The position numbers were made by a program, and so were the translations under genes. 64,000 bases of DNA from the sequence record MH791409.1; one strand, 5' to 3'. The notes beneath the pieces are model-generated. The model was given only the letters and a program-made list of their open reading frames with translations. It was not told the origin of the DNA and made no database searches. The stretch is from Escherichia phage EcWhh-1. Positions 50,066-58,379 of this stretch are shown piece after piece. How positions within the stretch are numbered: the first letter of the stretch is position 1; each line of letters starts with the position of its first letter.

Positions 50066-50302
50066 TCACCAGTATTTGTTGATAGTAGAAATTAATTCTT
50101 GGGCTTGGGCTGTATTCAGTTTACACCCACAACCCTTTAATGTGTCTTTAAGGAGCCACGGTTCCTTGAGCTCGTCCTTTTCCAGACGAATTCTGTATCC
50201 TCGATAATCGGCAAAGATACTTCGGTCGTCGAATATCTTAATCTCAAGGATACGACCATTGATTTCATATTCTAATGAAACCGTAGTACTTGTAAGTTTC
50301 AT
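50066..50302 (-). CDS. hypothetical protein, 78 aa
   Basis: C-terminal CKLNTAQAQELISTINKYW block shared with downstream paralogues. Confidence 0.5.
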   Translation of the reverse strand: MKLTSTTVSLEYEINGRILEIKIFDDRSIFADYRGYRIRLEKDELKEPWLLKDTLKGCGCKLNTAQAQELISTINKYW

Positions 50303-50315
50303 ACTGTTTTCCTCA

Positions 50316-50546
50316 TTAAATTTTTTCGAATAATGCTAAAGCTTTTTCGATAGCTACAGATTTAGTACCAATAACCATTTTAGGCTGGTATTGGAACTTA
50401 GTAGCTTCGTAAACTTCTAAACCGGTTACTTTACCATTTTGTTCGATAATAGCAAAGGTGGCGTTTTCAAAATCTTCAGCTTTAACTTTAAGTGCTTTAG
50501 AAGCTTTAGCGATATCGATAACTTTCAGGTTGGTGATGGTTTTCAT
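50316..50546 (-). CDS. hypothetical protein, 76 aa
   Basis: GAGGAG SD. First gene after an early promoter. Confidence 0.55.
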   Translation of the reverse strand: MKTITNLKVIDIAKASKALKVKAEDFENATFAIIEQNGKVTGLEVYEATKFQYQPKMVIGTKSVAIEKALALFEKI

Positions 50547-50574
50547 TTTGTTCTCCTCATTAGTTGGTAGGTCT

Positions 50575-50603
50575 ATAGTATCATGTTCCTAGAGGATGTA
50601 AAC
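50575..50603 (-). promoter_or_regulatory. early-type promoter
   Basis: GTTTAC (50603-50598), 17 nt, TACTAT (50580-50575). Confidence 0.6.
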
Positions 50604-50612
50604 ACCTAAACG

Positions 50613-50640
50613 AAAAAAGGTCCCACCGAAGTGAGACCTT
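50613..50640 (-). terminator. rho-independent terminator
   Basis: AAGGUCUCAC-UUCG-GUGGGACCUU (one mismatch) plus a U6 run. Confidence 0.65.
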
Positions 50641-50643
50641 TGA

Positions 50644-51027
50644 TTATTCTAACGTCAGCAAATACTTAGTCTGGTAAAAGACGCCAGTGATATCGTCCAA
50701 AGTCGACTGGATGGCCTTGGGAAGGGTGTCATAGATTTTATCAGTTGCTTTAAGAAGCTCATCAAGGAAATCTACAGGGTCCTTAGGCAAGTCTGAAGCA
50801 GACGGTAATGATGCTTTATATTCTTTGCCACTGAATCCAAGATATTGCTCACTAAATTGGTCCAGAGGTCCTTGAACTTCTACATAATAGAAGTCATACG
50901 CTTTGTGTCTTGCATAGCTTTTGGTTTCTAAATGGGCTGACTTAAAATAGGCTAAAGAAACCAGTAGCCAACCAATATAAGAATCCACTTCAGACCCTCG
51001 ACCGGGTACGAAATCATTGAATTTCAT
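50644..51027 (-). CDS. hypothetical protein, 127 aa
   Basis: Coding-strand ORF. No domain recognised. Confidence 0.55.
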   Translation of the reverse strand: MKFNDFVPGRGSEVDSYIGWLLVSLAYFKSAHLETKSYARHKAYDFYYVEVQGPLDQFSEQYLGFSGKEYKASLPSASDLPKDPVDFLDELLKATDKIYDTLPKAIQSTLDDITGVFYQTKYLLTLE

Positions 51028-51307
51028 CTTCTACCTTCATTAGTTTTGCATAACGCTCTCCGATGGCACGACCTTCAATTGAGCATGCTTCTATAGTCCG
51101 ACAACTTGAATTCTTCCAGGAAGCCGTAACATAGGCCCAATAGTCTTCGGAGGCCTTTACGCTTGGTCTACTCATTTGCGCATAAACAGGCATCGCACTA
51201 CTAGCAAACGCGTCCATCAATTTATCATTGGTATCATTTGCTAGTGAAACTGAAGGGCCTAAACATCCCGCCATAAGGATACAAGCCGCTGTACGGAAAA
51301 TATCCAT
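51014..51307 (-). CDS. predicted lipoprotein, 97 aa
   Basis: MDIFRTAACILMAG|C lipobox. Confidence 0.5.
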   Translation of the reverse strand: MDIFRTAACILMAGCLGPSVSLANDTNDKLMDAFASSAMPVYAQMSRPSVKASEDYWAYVTASWKNSSCRTIEACSIEGRAIGERYAKLMKVEDEIQ

Positions 51308-51399
51308 ACAAATGTCCTTTGTTGTTTTATACTATTTGCCTTTCGGCCTTAACCGATAGCGATTACCAAAAGCTAAAGCTCTACGGTTAGTATTATTAT

Positions 51400-51678
51400 T
51401 TATAGCTTTTTAAGCTTACGACAATAAGAATAGAACACGTCGTTAAAATTATATTCAACCCAATTCCTCTGTATAGGCGAGGTAATGGAAAGCATATAAT
51501 GCGCTTTAATTAAATCCATCCCATTTTTATTAGGACACTCTTTATTATTAGCATTATACGTCGCTGCTACAACCTCTATCTCTCTTTTGTAAGCCACATC
51601 ATCCATGATAGGCGAAAGAACAATATAAGAAATAGCCACAGCGAACGCTAGAATTAAAATCTTTGAATTTAGGTCCAT
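51400..51678 (-). CDS. membrane-anchored protein, 92 aa
   Basis: N-terminal TM segment ILILAFAVAISYIVLSPI. Confidence 0.5.
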   Translation of the reverse strand: MDLNSKILILAFAVAISYIVLSPIMDDVAYKREIEVVAATYNANNKECPNKNGMDLIKAHYMLSITSPIQRNWVEYNFNDVFYSYCRKLKKL

Positions 51679-51685
51679 AGTACCC

Positions 51686-52258
51686 TCAACTCGTTATTTC
51701 TATCCAGTGCTTCCTGCACAATGACACGTAAGAATCGTTGCCACCTATAGAAACTTGGGCTCCGTCCTTAATTGCGATACCATCTTGGATACGAGCCGTC
51801 ATAGTAGCTTTACGGCCGCAATGGCACACACCTTTGTACTCAACGAGTTTATCTGCCGTAGCGAGTAATTCAGCAGAGCCAGGAAACAGTTTACCCTGAA
51901 AATCAGTTCTTAGTCCATAGCACATAACTGGAACATTATAATTGTCTACTATCTTTGCCAGTTGTTTTATCTGTACAGGTTCTAAGAATTGTGCTTCATC
52001 CACAAACACACAGTGGATATCTTTTTGAGATTCAGCCCAACGATAGAACTCGTATAGGTCCATATCCGGAGTCACTGCATTAGCCTCTTGGCTAATCCCT
52101 ATACGAGATGAAATGCTATGGCTTGATTCTCTATTGTCTATCGCAGGCTTTAAAAGGAGTACGCCCATACCACGTTCTTTGTAGTTATGAGCGGCTGTTA
52201 GCAATGAAGCGGTCTTCCCGGAATTCATTGCTGCGTAGTGAAAATAAAGTTGGGCCAT
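51686..52258 (-). CDS. tk: thymidine kinase
   Basis: 190 aa. YAAMNSGKTASLL, VFVDEAQF, CHCGRKA...SLCRKHW. T4 Tk-like. Confidence 0.95.
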   Translation of the reverse strand: MAQLYFHYAAMNSGKTASLLTAAHNYKERGMGVLLLKPAIDNRESSHSISSRIGISQEANAVTPDMDLYEFYRWAESQKDIHCVFVDEAQFLEPVQIKQLAKIVDNYNVPVMCYGLRTDFQGKLFPGSAELLATADKLVEYKGVCHCGRKATMTARIQDGIAIKDGAQVSIGGNDSYVSLCRKHWIEITS

Positions 52259-52267
52259 ATTACCTTC

Positions 52268-52453
52268 TTAAAGACTATTTACATAAGCTATTAATTCATT
52301 TTCTTTCTCATCAAATCGATTGGCAAATTCTTCCTGGTGTTCGGCATCTATAGGGCCATATTCATCATAAAAAGAATTTGCTTCTGCATGCTCATCCAAA
52401 AGCTCATGGATAAGCTCAAATAATTTATCTTTCTGTTCTTTACTCAGACTCAT
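52268..52453 (-). CDS. hypothetical acidic protein, 61 aa
   Basis: Start moved to ATG 52453 (AAAGGTG SD, ATGA coupling). Confidence 0.5.
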   Translation of the reverse strand: MSLSKEQKDKLFELIHELLDEHAEANSFYDEYGPIDAEHQEEFANRFDEKENELIAYVNSL

Positions 52454-52662
52454 AACCATTGCACCTTTAAGCAATATTCTTCTACATGATGTTTACGTTT
52501 ATTTTTATCTATAAAAGTATATTCAACGTATTCACCGATATACCATTTATCGGTGTTGTGTTGACTTTTTATAGGGCATTTAGTTACTCGGGTTTCAGTC
52601 CAACGTCGAATAATTTCCGCTTTGTTTTTAGGGTCAAACGGATGTGGGTAATGGGCTTTCAT
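52450..52662 (-). CDS. hypothetical protein, 70 aa
   Basis: Coding-strand ORF that overlaps the macro-domain gene end. Confidence 0.5.
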   Translation of the reverse strand: MKAHYPHPFDPKNKAEIIRRWTETRVTKCPIKSQHNTDKWYIGEYVEYTFIDKNKRKHHVEEYCLKVQWL

Positions 52663-53101
52663 AATCTACCACCACTAAATTAATATCAGGAGTAAACAAA
52701 TTAATCAATTGATAAACCTTGTCCCAATCACCACCAGCAATACCACAACCGATACGAGGGATATAAATTCTTGGTTTAAACAAAAGACCCTTTGCGGTAC
52801 GGTTTAATTCTATCATACAGTTTACTAAAGCACCGTAATCAAGATTAGGACCTGGTTCGTATTGGGTGTATAAATTATAGCAAATTTGGCCCTTATTACC
52901 TGTGGCTTGAGTAAACGTGCCAAGTTTTTCCAAATGGCCTAAATAAGTGGTTTTATCGATAGCGAGAATAGGCGGATAAGCCTTAGCCAATTGTCCGGCT
53001 ACACCTGAACCCATTGTGTGGAAACAGTTGCACCCGTGCGCAACATTATTGCCTTGAAGAAACAGGGCGACGATATCGCCCTTAATATAATCAATAATCA
53101 T
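52634..53101 (-). CDS. macro-domain protein (ADP-ribose binding/hydrolase)
   Basis: 155 aa. GDIVALFLQGNNVAHGCNCFHTMGSGVAGQL and IPRIGCGIAGGDW motifs. Confidence 0.65.
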   Translation of the reverse strand: MIIDYIKGDIVALFLQGNNVAHGCNCFHTMGSGVAGQLAKAYPPILAIDKTTYLGHLEKLGTFTQATGNKGQICYNLYTQYEPGPNLDYGALVNCMIELNRTAKGLLFKPRIYIPRIGCGIAGGDWDKVYQLINLFTPDINLVVVDYESPLPTSV

Positions 53102-53454
53102 TTAGAGTTTAATCCTCGATTGTAAGAATCGACGAGTCTGTCTACCATAGACGCGCACATTTCTTTGTACTTTTTATCAGATGGAATACATTCAGTAACG
53201 TTTAGACGTTGCTCGTATCTTTTAGAAAGAGTTTTCTCTTTCATTCGGCGATGCTCTACGTCGTTCTGGCCATCTTTAAAAGCAGCTGTGATTTTTGAAC
53301 TGAATTCGATAACGCATTCAGTATTACTTGGATGACAATAATCTTTTGCTGTACGGGTAGCATACTCGACAATTGAATTATTGCTATCATCAACTTGTGA
53401 CGCTAATACTCCCGGAGCTATCAACATAAGCGCTATAGTCATCTGCTTAATCAT
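53098..53454 (-). CDS. secreted protein, 118 aa
   Basis: Signal peptide MIKQMTIALMLIAPGVLA|SQ. Confidence 0.5.
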   Translation of the reverse strand: MIKQMTIALMLIAPGVLASQVDDSNNSIVEYATRTAKDYCHPSNTECVIEFSSKITAAFKDGQNDVEHRRMKEKTLSKRYEQRLNVTECIPSDKKYKEMCASMVDRLVDSYNRGLNSK

Positions 53455-53994
53455 TTAATATACCGCCTCAAACATCTTTTTAGATTTTAGGTAATTGGCC
53501 TTTTCTAGAACTTCAGAAGCATATTTACTGCCTGCTTTGACGTTCCAGCCCGCATTATAAGAAGCAATCGCTTTTCTCAGGTCACCTTTGTGAACATCAA
53601 TCCAATAAGACAGTTCAATGTAGGCCCAAGAGGCACTGTTCTGTCGTTTTTGGACCATACGAATTATTTCTTTGTCTGACATCTTCCAACCTACCTGTTG
53701 AACACGACTTCTTAACGTAGGCAAGTAATTTTGGAACATGCCATAAGCATGGTGCTTATCTTTATTTAAACCTTGATTAATTCCGGCTGATGATTCCTGC
53801 CATAGTAATCCGGCCATGATATATCCTAATCCTTTTTGATTAGGGTTTTCTTTGAACTTTCCCGACTTTTGGTATTGTTCACCGAAAGCATACGCATAAT
53901 GTAAATTATCGAGTTGTTCATTACTGAAAGTAGGCTCTACGCTATAGGCAGACATACTAACTGTCAATAGTAAAGTGGCTAATACTTTTTTCAT
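53455..53994 (-). CDS. secreted lytic transglycosylase (SLT domain)
   Basis: Signal peptide MKKVLATLLLTVSMSAYS. SLT motifs WQESS, GMFQ, SYNAGW. Confidence 0.7.
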   Translation of the reverse strand: MKKVLATLLLTVSMSAYSVEPTFSNEQLDNLHYAYAFGEQYQKSGKFKENPNQKGLGYIMAGLLWQESSAGINQGLNKDKHHAYGMFQNYLPTLRSRVQQVGWKMSDKEIIRMVQKRQNSASWAYIELSYWIDVHKGDLRKAIASYNAGWNVKAGSKYASEVLEKANYLKSKKMFEAVY

Positions 53995-54006
53995 GAGACC
54001 TCATTA

Positions 54007-54465
54007 TTAAAGATAGATTACTTTCGTGCTGGTTTTACCTTCTAAACGTTTAGAGTTAACAAATGCCATACGACATTTTAATGAATATCCTTTATCAGGA
54101 TGTTTACGATCTACGGTCATACCCAACCATAAGGTTTTATCGGTAATCTCGAGACGCAGCGGACGATACACCTTACCTGGGACAATTTCGGATTCTACAT
54201 CAGGCAGAGGTTCCTGGATTAAGAATTCATGGATTTCTTTAACATGGTTATGGAGTTGCTTGAATAAAGCAAAAACGTATTTTTCGTCGATTTCACGTTG
54301 GATAGCACGGTCCAACAAATGATTGGAGTACTTAATAAAGAAGGCTGGGACTCCGCTCTTAATGGCGGCTTTTTTGATGGACGCATTCAGTTCACGGAAT
54401 TCGGTTTCAAACTGACGACGTAATTTGTTGCGGCGGATGAATACTTCTGAATTAATTTCTGACAT
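54007..54465 (-). CDS. regB: RegB endoribonuclease
   Basis: 152 aa. EVFIRRNKLRRQFE...HLLDRAIQREIDEKYVF matches T4 RegB. Confidence 0.93.
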   Translation of the reverse strand: MSEINSEVFIRRNKLRRQFETEFRELNASIKKAAIKSGVPAFFIKYSNHLLDRAIQREIDEKYVFALFKQLHNHVKEIHEFLIQEPLPDVESEIVPGKVYRPLRLEITDKTLWLGMTVDRKHPDKGYSLKCRMAFVNSKRLEGKTSTKVIYL

Positions 54466-54493
54466 TTTGTAATCTCCTGTAGTTGATAGGTTT

Positions 54494-54522
54494 ATAGTAT
54501 CATGTCTACAGGAGATGTAAAC
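54494..54522 (-). promoter_or_regulatory. early-type promoter
   Basis: GTTTAC (54522-54517), 17 nt, TACTAT (54499-54494). Confidence 0.6.
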
Positions 54523-54526
54523 TGCT

Positions 54527-54736
54527 TTATTCTTGGAATGGGGTAAGTTTTCCAGCAGCTGAACAAATTTCTACCAGTACAGGGTAAAACTCTTTCACTT
54601 GTTCAAGGCGTTGGGCTGCATACTGTACTTCGCCTTCTTCGAGACAAGCCATTTGGTCGTCAAGCAAGTATTTGTGGTAACCAGTACAGGCTTCACCGAT
54701 GATACGTTGGAAATCTTGCAAACTTTCAATTTTCAT
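54527..54736 (-). CDS. hypothetical protein, 69 aa
   Basis: Start moved to ATG 54736 (GAGGAAAAA SD, TGATG junction). Confidence 0.5.
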   Translation of the reverse strand: MKIESLQDFQRIIGEACTGYHKYLLDDQMACLEEGEVQYAAQRLEQVKEFYPVLVEICSAAGKLTPFQE

Positions 54737-55014
54737 CAGTATTTTTCCTCGGGTTGGAAAACGGAACGACATGCCCACATGCTTGCTTCTTTCAAGCGTT
54801 CGATTGCTGTACGAATCTGGGCTAGGCGTTCATGGGTGAGGTTGAATTCTTCATCACTCATTTTATCAACACCCGAGCATGTAAAGGCTTCAACATATTC
54901 TTCTTCCAAGGCTTTAAAGATTAACCCTAATCGAACTTCAGCATCTTTAATCGCGTTCACTTTACCGATTTTATCGTCGGTATGCGGCTTATAACCCTTA
55001 ATATCTTCAATCAT
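54736..55014 (-). CDS. hypothetical protein, 92 aa
   Basis: Coding-strand ORF with a 4-nt overlap onto the upstream gene. Confidence 0.5.
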   Translation of the reverse strand: MIEDIKGYKPHTDDKIGKVNAIKDAEVRLGLIFKALEEEYVEAFTCSGVDKMSDEEFNLTHERLAQIRTAIERLKEASMWACRSVFQPEEKY

Positions 55015-55229
55015 TTCGCTTCCTCATCAGATGCAATATCGTATTCAACTAAATGAATCCCATCATATCCACCACGAACAGAGATATATGTGCTAGGATA
55101 AACGGTTTCTTTACCGTTCCATTGTCCACCATTCCAACATTCCAAAAAGCCTTGTTCGCCCTGTTCGTGGAACCAGTCAACAAACATCTTCAGAGCTTCA
55201 TCAGAGCCTTCAATTGTCAATTTAGACAT
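55011..55229 (-). CDS. hypothetical protein, 72 aa
   Basis: Coding-strand ORF with overlapping neighbours. Confidence 0.5.
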   Translation of the reverse strand: MSKLTIEGSDEALKMFVDWFHEQGEQGFLECWNGGQWNGKETVYPSTYISVRGGYDGIHLVEYDIASDEEAK

Positions 55230-55518
55230 ATTTCTTCCAGTCAGAAATCATATAAATCTCTTGGTCATATGTCAAGAGACTACGAGTTATAATACCCTTA
55301 CAAGGCCCTGAGATGAACTCGAGGGTGAAGTAAGGAACCTGTTTCATTAATCGGATGCTCGGGGCATGACATCTAAAACGAGAGCCCTTAAAGGGCCCTG
55401 TCATGAATACATATTCTAATGGATAGAAATAAGCATACTCGAAATTTTTAGTAAGGTCCTCTCTTCGAACCTTACGTGAGAAATAACAGAACTCAAAAAG
55501 TTCTTCATCAGTCATCAT
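55222..55518 (-). CDS. hypothetical protein, 98 aa
   Basis: Start moved to ATG 55518 (ATGA overlap with the upstream stop, AGGA SD). Confidence 0.5.
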   Translation of the reverse strand: MMTDEELFEFCYFSRKVRREDLTKNFEYAYFYPLEYVFMTGPFKGSRFRCHAPSIRLMKQVPYFTLEFISGPCKGIITRSLLTYDQEIYMISDWKKYV

Positions 55519-56042
55519 TGCATTCCTATCACAAAGAACAGAGGCAAAGGCTTGTCGCCTTGACACATAAATTTATTAATCATTACCTGGTAAGCTTCAT
55601 AGAACTTATCCATCGCCGGAAGGCGCATCGGCTCTTCGATAATAATCAATAATCGAGTAACAGATAGTCCACGATACTTATGGAAATTGTCTTCATCAAG
55701 GAAACTGCGCACAGTATCATAGACAACAAAACCAGGACCTTCGACTTGGAGATGTGGTTGTGCCTTAGAAACCTGTTTTATTACATTACAAATTTCCCGC
55801 GAGCGATGCGAAGAACTTGACATAACAATCACATCATTACCTTTGGAAACCCAATCAGCTGCGAACTGAGCAAGGGCACTTGTTTTACCTGTTTGGCGTC
55901 CGCCGTCAAGTCGAAGAGTACCAAACTCTTGCATTCTTGAAGCTGGTTCATACCAGGTGTATTGGTCTGAGTCTAAACGTTCAATGGCGCGTTCAGCGAA
56001 GGCGTGCATTAAGGTTAGATAAATGGGAGTTAAAAATTTCAT
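55515..56042 (-). CDS. small P-loop NTPase, 175 aa
   Basis: Walker A GGRQTGKTSA, Walker B-like LLIIIEEP. Confidence 0.55.
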   Translation of the reverse strand: MKFLTPIYLTLMHAFAERAIERLDSDQYTWYEPASRMQEFGTLRLDGGRQTGKTSALAQFAADWVSKGNDVIVMSSSSHRSREICNVIKQVSKAQPHLQVEGPGFVVYDTVRSFLDEDNFHKYRGLSVTRLLIIIEEPMRLPAMDKFYEAYQVMINKFMCQGDKPLPLFFVIGMQ

Positions 56043-56203
56043 AGTAGTCTCTTAGCGGTGGGGCCGTTCCTTGGCACATTAAGTCGTCCATGTATCCGTA
56101 TGTAAACCCTTTACCGCACTTGGGCTCGACCTTATTACAGGTAGGGAAAGGCCCATCACTCAGAGGACGCAACGTTCATGAGGAGAGGGTCGGCTTGCCT
56201 TTA

Positions 56204-56503
56204 TTAGAAAGAACCAGAACCTTTAATTGTGTTCTGACGACCTTTATTTTCTAATTCAGAGTGGTCGATTTCATATGCTTGTGCTACGCCAAAGGCCTTT
56301 TTAACTTTAGCTAAAGAACCTTTAGATGTAACAATATTAAAAGTATTACCTTTGGTAAAATCAACCAAATCGACTTGTACACCCTGTTTACCAAGGCTTG
56401 CTACAATAGCGTCAACATATTCTTGGTCTAAAGTGCCTTGGACTCCAATTTGAAATGCTTTAGGGGCTTTGGCTTCTGTAATAAATTCTTGATAAGTTTT
56501 CAT
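56204..56503 (-). CDS. head internal protein with capsid-targeting sequence
   Basis: 99 aa. N-terminus MKTYQEFITE|A equals the T4 IP capsid-targeting and gp21-cleavage consensus. The remainder is unlike T4 IPII/IPIII. Confidence 0.7.
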   Translation of the reverse strand: MKTYQEFITEAKAPKAFQIGVQGTLDQEYVDAIVASLGKQGVQVDLVDFTKGNTFNIVTSKGSLAKVKKAFGVAQAYEIDHSELENKGRQNTIKGSGSF

Positions 56504-56527
56504 ATTATTCCTTAAGTTGATAGAAGT

Positions 56528-56557
56528 ATTCTATCACGGATTTAATTAAGCGTAAAT
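56528..56557 (-). promoter_or_regulatory. early-type promoter (inside denV 3' end)
   Basis: ATTTAC (56557-56552), 18 nt, TAGAAT (56533-56528). Confidence 0.4.
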
Positions 56558-56962
56558 AGCCTTACCATAATGTTTGTACCAGGTAGGGCGCTGTGCAATT
56601 TTTTCGTCTAAACGGGCTTGTGAAATAGCGATAGAAGCTTCGTGAGGAACATAATCACCACGGAATTCCTGAGGAATATCACTAATGTCCTGGACCGTAG
56701 TATCCTTGATATTAAAACCACGTTTTAAACATTCGGCTATAAGCTCAATTTGTCGCTTACGTAAAAATTCAAGCTTATCGTAAAAGAATGTAACATGGCC
56801 TGTGCCAAGGATAAAAGTAGGACTGATTTTAAAATCACGAACACGTTTACCGTTAGCAACATGCTTACGAACTGCACCGAAAACACGTGGTAATTCACGA
56901 TATTCAGCCATTAAGTGTTGGTCAGCCAATTCAGATACTAAGGTAAGGTTGATACGAGTCAT
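56546..56962 (-). CDS. denV: endonuclease V (pyrimidine-dimer DNA glycosylase)
   Basis: 138 aa. Essentially identical in pattern to T4 DenV ([28 protein letters not shown]...). Confidence 0.97.
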   Translation of the reverse strand: MTRINLTLVSELADQHLMAEYRELPRVFGAVRKHVANGKRVRDFKISPTFILGTGHVTFFYDKLEFLRKRQIELIAECLKRGFNIKDTTVQDISDIPQEFRGDYVPHEASIAISQARLDEKIAQRPTWYKHYGKAIYA

Positions 56963-56990
56963 TTTTTAATCTCCTGTAGTTGATAGGTCT

Positions 56991-57019
56991 ATAGTATCAT
57001 GCCTACAGGAGAAGTAAAC
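56991..57019 (-). promoter_or_regulatory. early-type promoter
   Basis: GTTTAC (57019-57014), 17 nt, TACTAT (56996-56991). Confidence 0.6.
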
Positions 57020-57418
57020 TTATTTGTAAGTTTTCATCCAATTCTTAAACAAAGCTGCGACGTCTTTCTCTTTAACGTTCAATTTAACGTCCAGCATTTT
57101 GCCACCAGCGGCACGTGTCTGACGAATCTTAGCCGTACCGGTTTCGCCATTCCACTCAACATAATACTGTCCGGTGTTCATAGCGATACCATCGCCATAG
57201 TCTTCGTTCTTAGAAGTAGTGAATGCTAACTTCATGGTCTTAGAGACACGGGCCTGCATGCCTGTCTGCAGAGCGTTACGAACGCGAATAACCTGAGGAG
57301 TGGCCTGGGTAAGGTTCTCATTCAGTTCTTCAGTGAACTCTTCGGATTCAAACATCGCCAAAAGTTCTTTAGATGCAGGAATTACATTCTCTGCGATAAA
57401 TTCATTATAAGTTTTCAT
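57020..57418 (-). CDS. head internal protein with capsid-targeting sequence
   Basis: 132 aa. N-terminus [10 protein letters not shown]|N. Lies just downstream of e, as ipIII does in T4. Confidence 0.7.
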   Translation of the reverse strand: MKTYNEFIAENVIPASKELLAMFESEEFTEELNENLTQATPQVIRVRNALQTGMQARVSKTMKLAFTTSKNEDYGDGIAMNTGQYYVEWNGETGTAKIRQTRAAGGKMLDVKLNVKEKDVAALFKNWMKTYK

Positions 57419-57899
57419 ATGCTTTCCAAGTACCTGTTTTAAATGTAGAAATCACGCGCTTAGCACGATTAGGAGTTTGTCTATACCAACGAGATTGAGC
57501 CAGGTTAACTGCCGCATCGTCCCAACGTTTCTGTTGGAGCATACGTAAAGAGTTAGTGAACCCTGCTACGCCTGCTTCACCCATTTGGAAGACCATGTTA
57601 ATTAAAGCACAACGACGAACTTCGTCCAGTACATCATAAACAGGTTTCAATTTAGGATTACGCAGAATAGCTCTACGAGCATTTTCAACCGATCGGTTAA
57701 AGAGTTGCTCAGCTTCAGCCATAGTAATACGACCGTTGCAAACTCGACCCATAAGCTTATCAAGTTCAGCGCGAGCAACATCTTTAGATGGGTTCTTGGT
57801 AATCAACTGGCCAATGCCAATAGTCCAATAACCTTCGGTGTCTTTATAAAGATTTAAATCAAGACCTTCGTCTTGACGTAACATATCAAAAATATCCAT
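57405..57899 (-). CDS. e: lysozyme (endolysin)
   Basis: 164 aa. [13 protein letters not shown]...[13 protein letters not shown]...matches T4 lysozyme, including catalytic E11, D20 and T26. Confidence 0.97.
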   Translation of the reverse strand: MDIFDMLRQDEGLDLNLYKDTEGYWTIGIGQLITKNPSKDVARAELDKLMGRVCNGRITMAEAEQLFNRSVENARRAILRNPKLKPVYDVLDEVRRCALINMVFQMGEAGVAGFTNSLRMLQQKRWDDAAVNLAQSRWYRQTPNRAKRVISTFKTGTWKAYENL

Positions 57900-57900
57900 A

Positions 57901-57929
57901 ATACCTCCTGAGTATAGGAGGTATTTATA
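57901..57929 (-). promoter_or_regulatory. gene e late promoter plus SD-sequestering hairpin
   Basis: Exact TATAAATA (57929-57922) overlaps the 5' arm of the hairpin ATACCTCCT-ATACTC-AGGAGGTAT (57924-57901), whose 3' arm is the SD. Confidence 0.7.
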
Positions 57930-58379
57930 TCAAAAGAGCGAATCTAAAACCTTAAACATCGACGGACCCATGACATATTCCCATTGAGGACGTTTAATCA
58001 AGGCGAACGCATCGAATTCAGGAACCGTGCGACCATCAGGGAACGTATGGTAAGCGGTACATTTGCAATCCTTGAACTGCTCGTGTTCCACAGGCACAGT
58101 ATATAAGAACAGATGTAGATTCTTATTGCTTGAATATTTGAACTCACCTAGGTCTTTCAGGAACGCAGGATCGTATGCTGTGAATCCGATCTCTTCTTCG
58201 GTTTCACGCATTGCCGCTTGAATAGGCTCTTCGCCCGGTTCGACATGGCCTTTAGGAATGTCCCATTTATGACGCATGTTCTCTGGATTACGAGAGCCTG
58301 TTACACGACCCATAACTAGTTCTTTATCAACGGTCATGAATAAAATACCGGCAGATAATTCTTTCGCTTTCTTACTCAT
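57930..58379 (-). CDS. nudE: Nudix hydrolase
   Basis: Start at ATG 58379 (MSKKAKE). Nudix box GHVEPGEEPIQAAMRETEEEIG. Lies at the T4 e.1 position. Confidence 0.85.
   Translation of the reverse strand: MSKKAKELSAGILFMTVDKELVMGRVTGSRNPENMRHKWDIPKGHVEPGEEPIQAAMRETEEEIGFTAYDPAFLKDLGEFKYSSNKNLHLFLYTVPVEHEQFKDCKCTAYHTFPDGRTVPEFDAFALIKRPQWEYVMGPSMFKVLDSLF

Noticed and set aside
56043-56203. Tested the GC-rich spacer as a tRNA or other known RNA gene.
   Set aside because: No GTTCRANYC T-loop, no acceptor/D/anticodon cloverleaf on either strand, and no CCA context. Kept only as an unexplained structured-RNA candidate in the findings.
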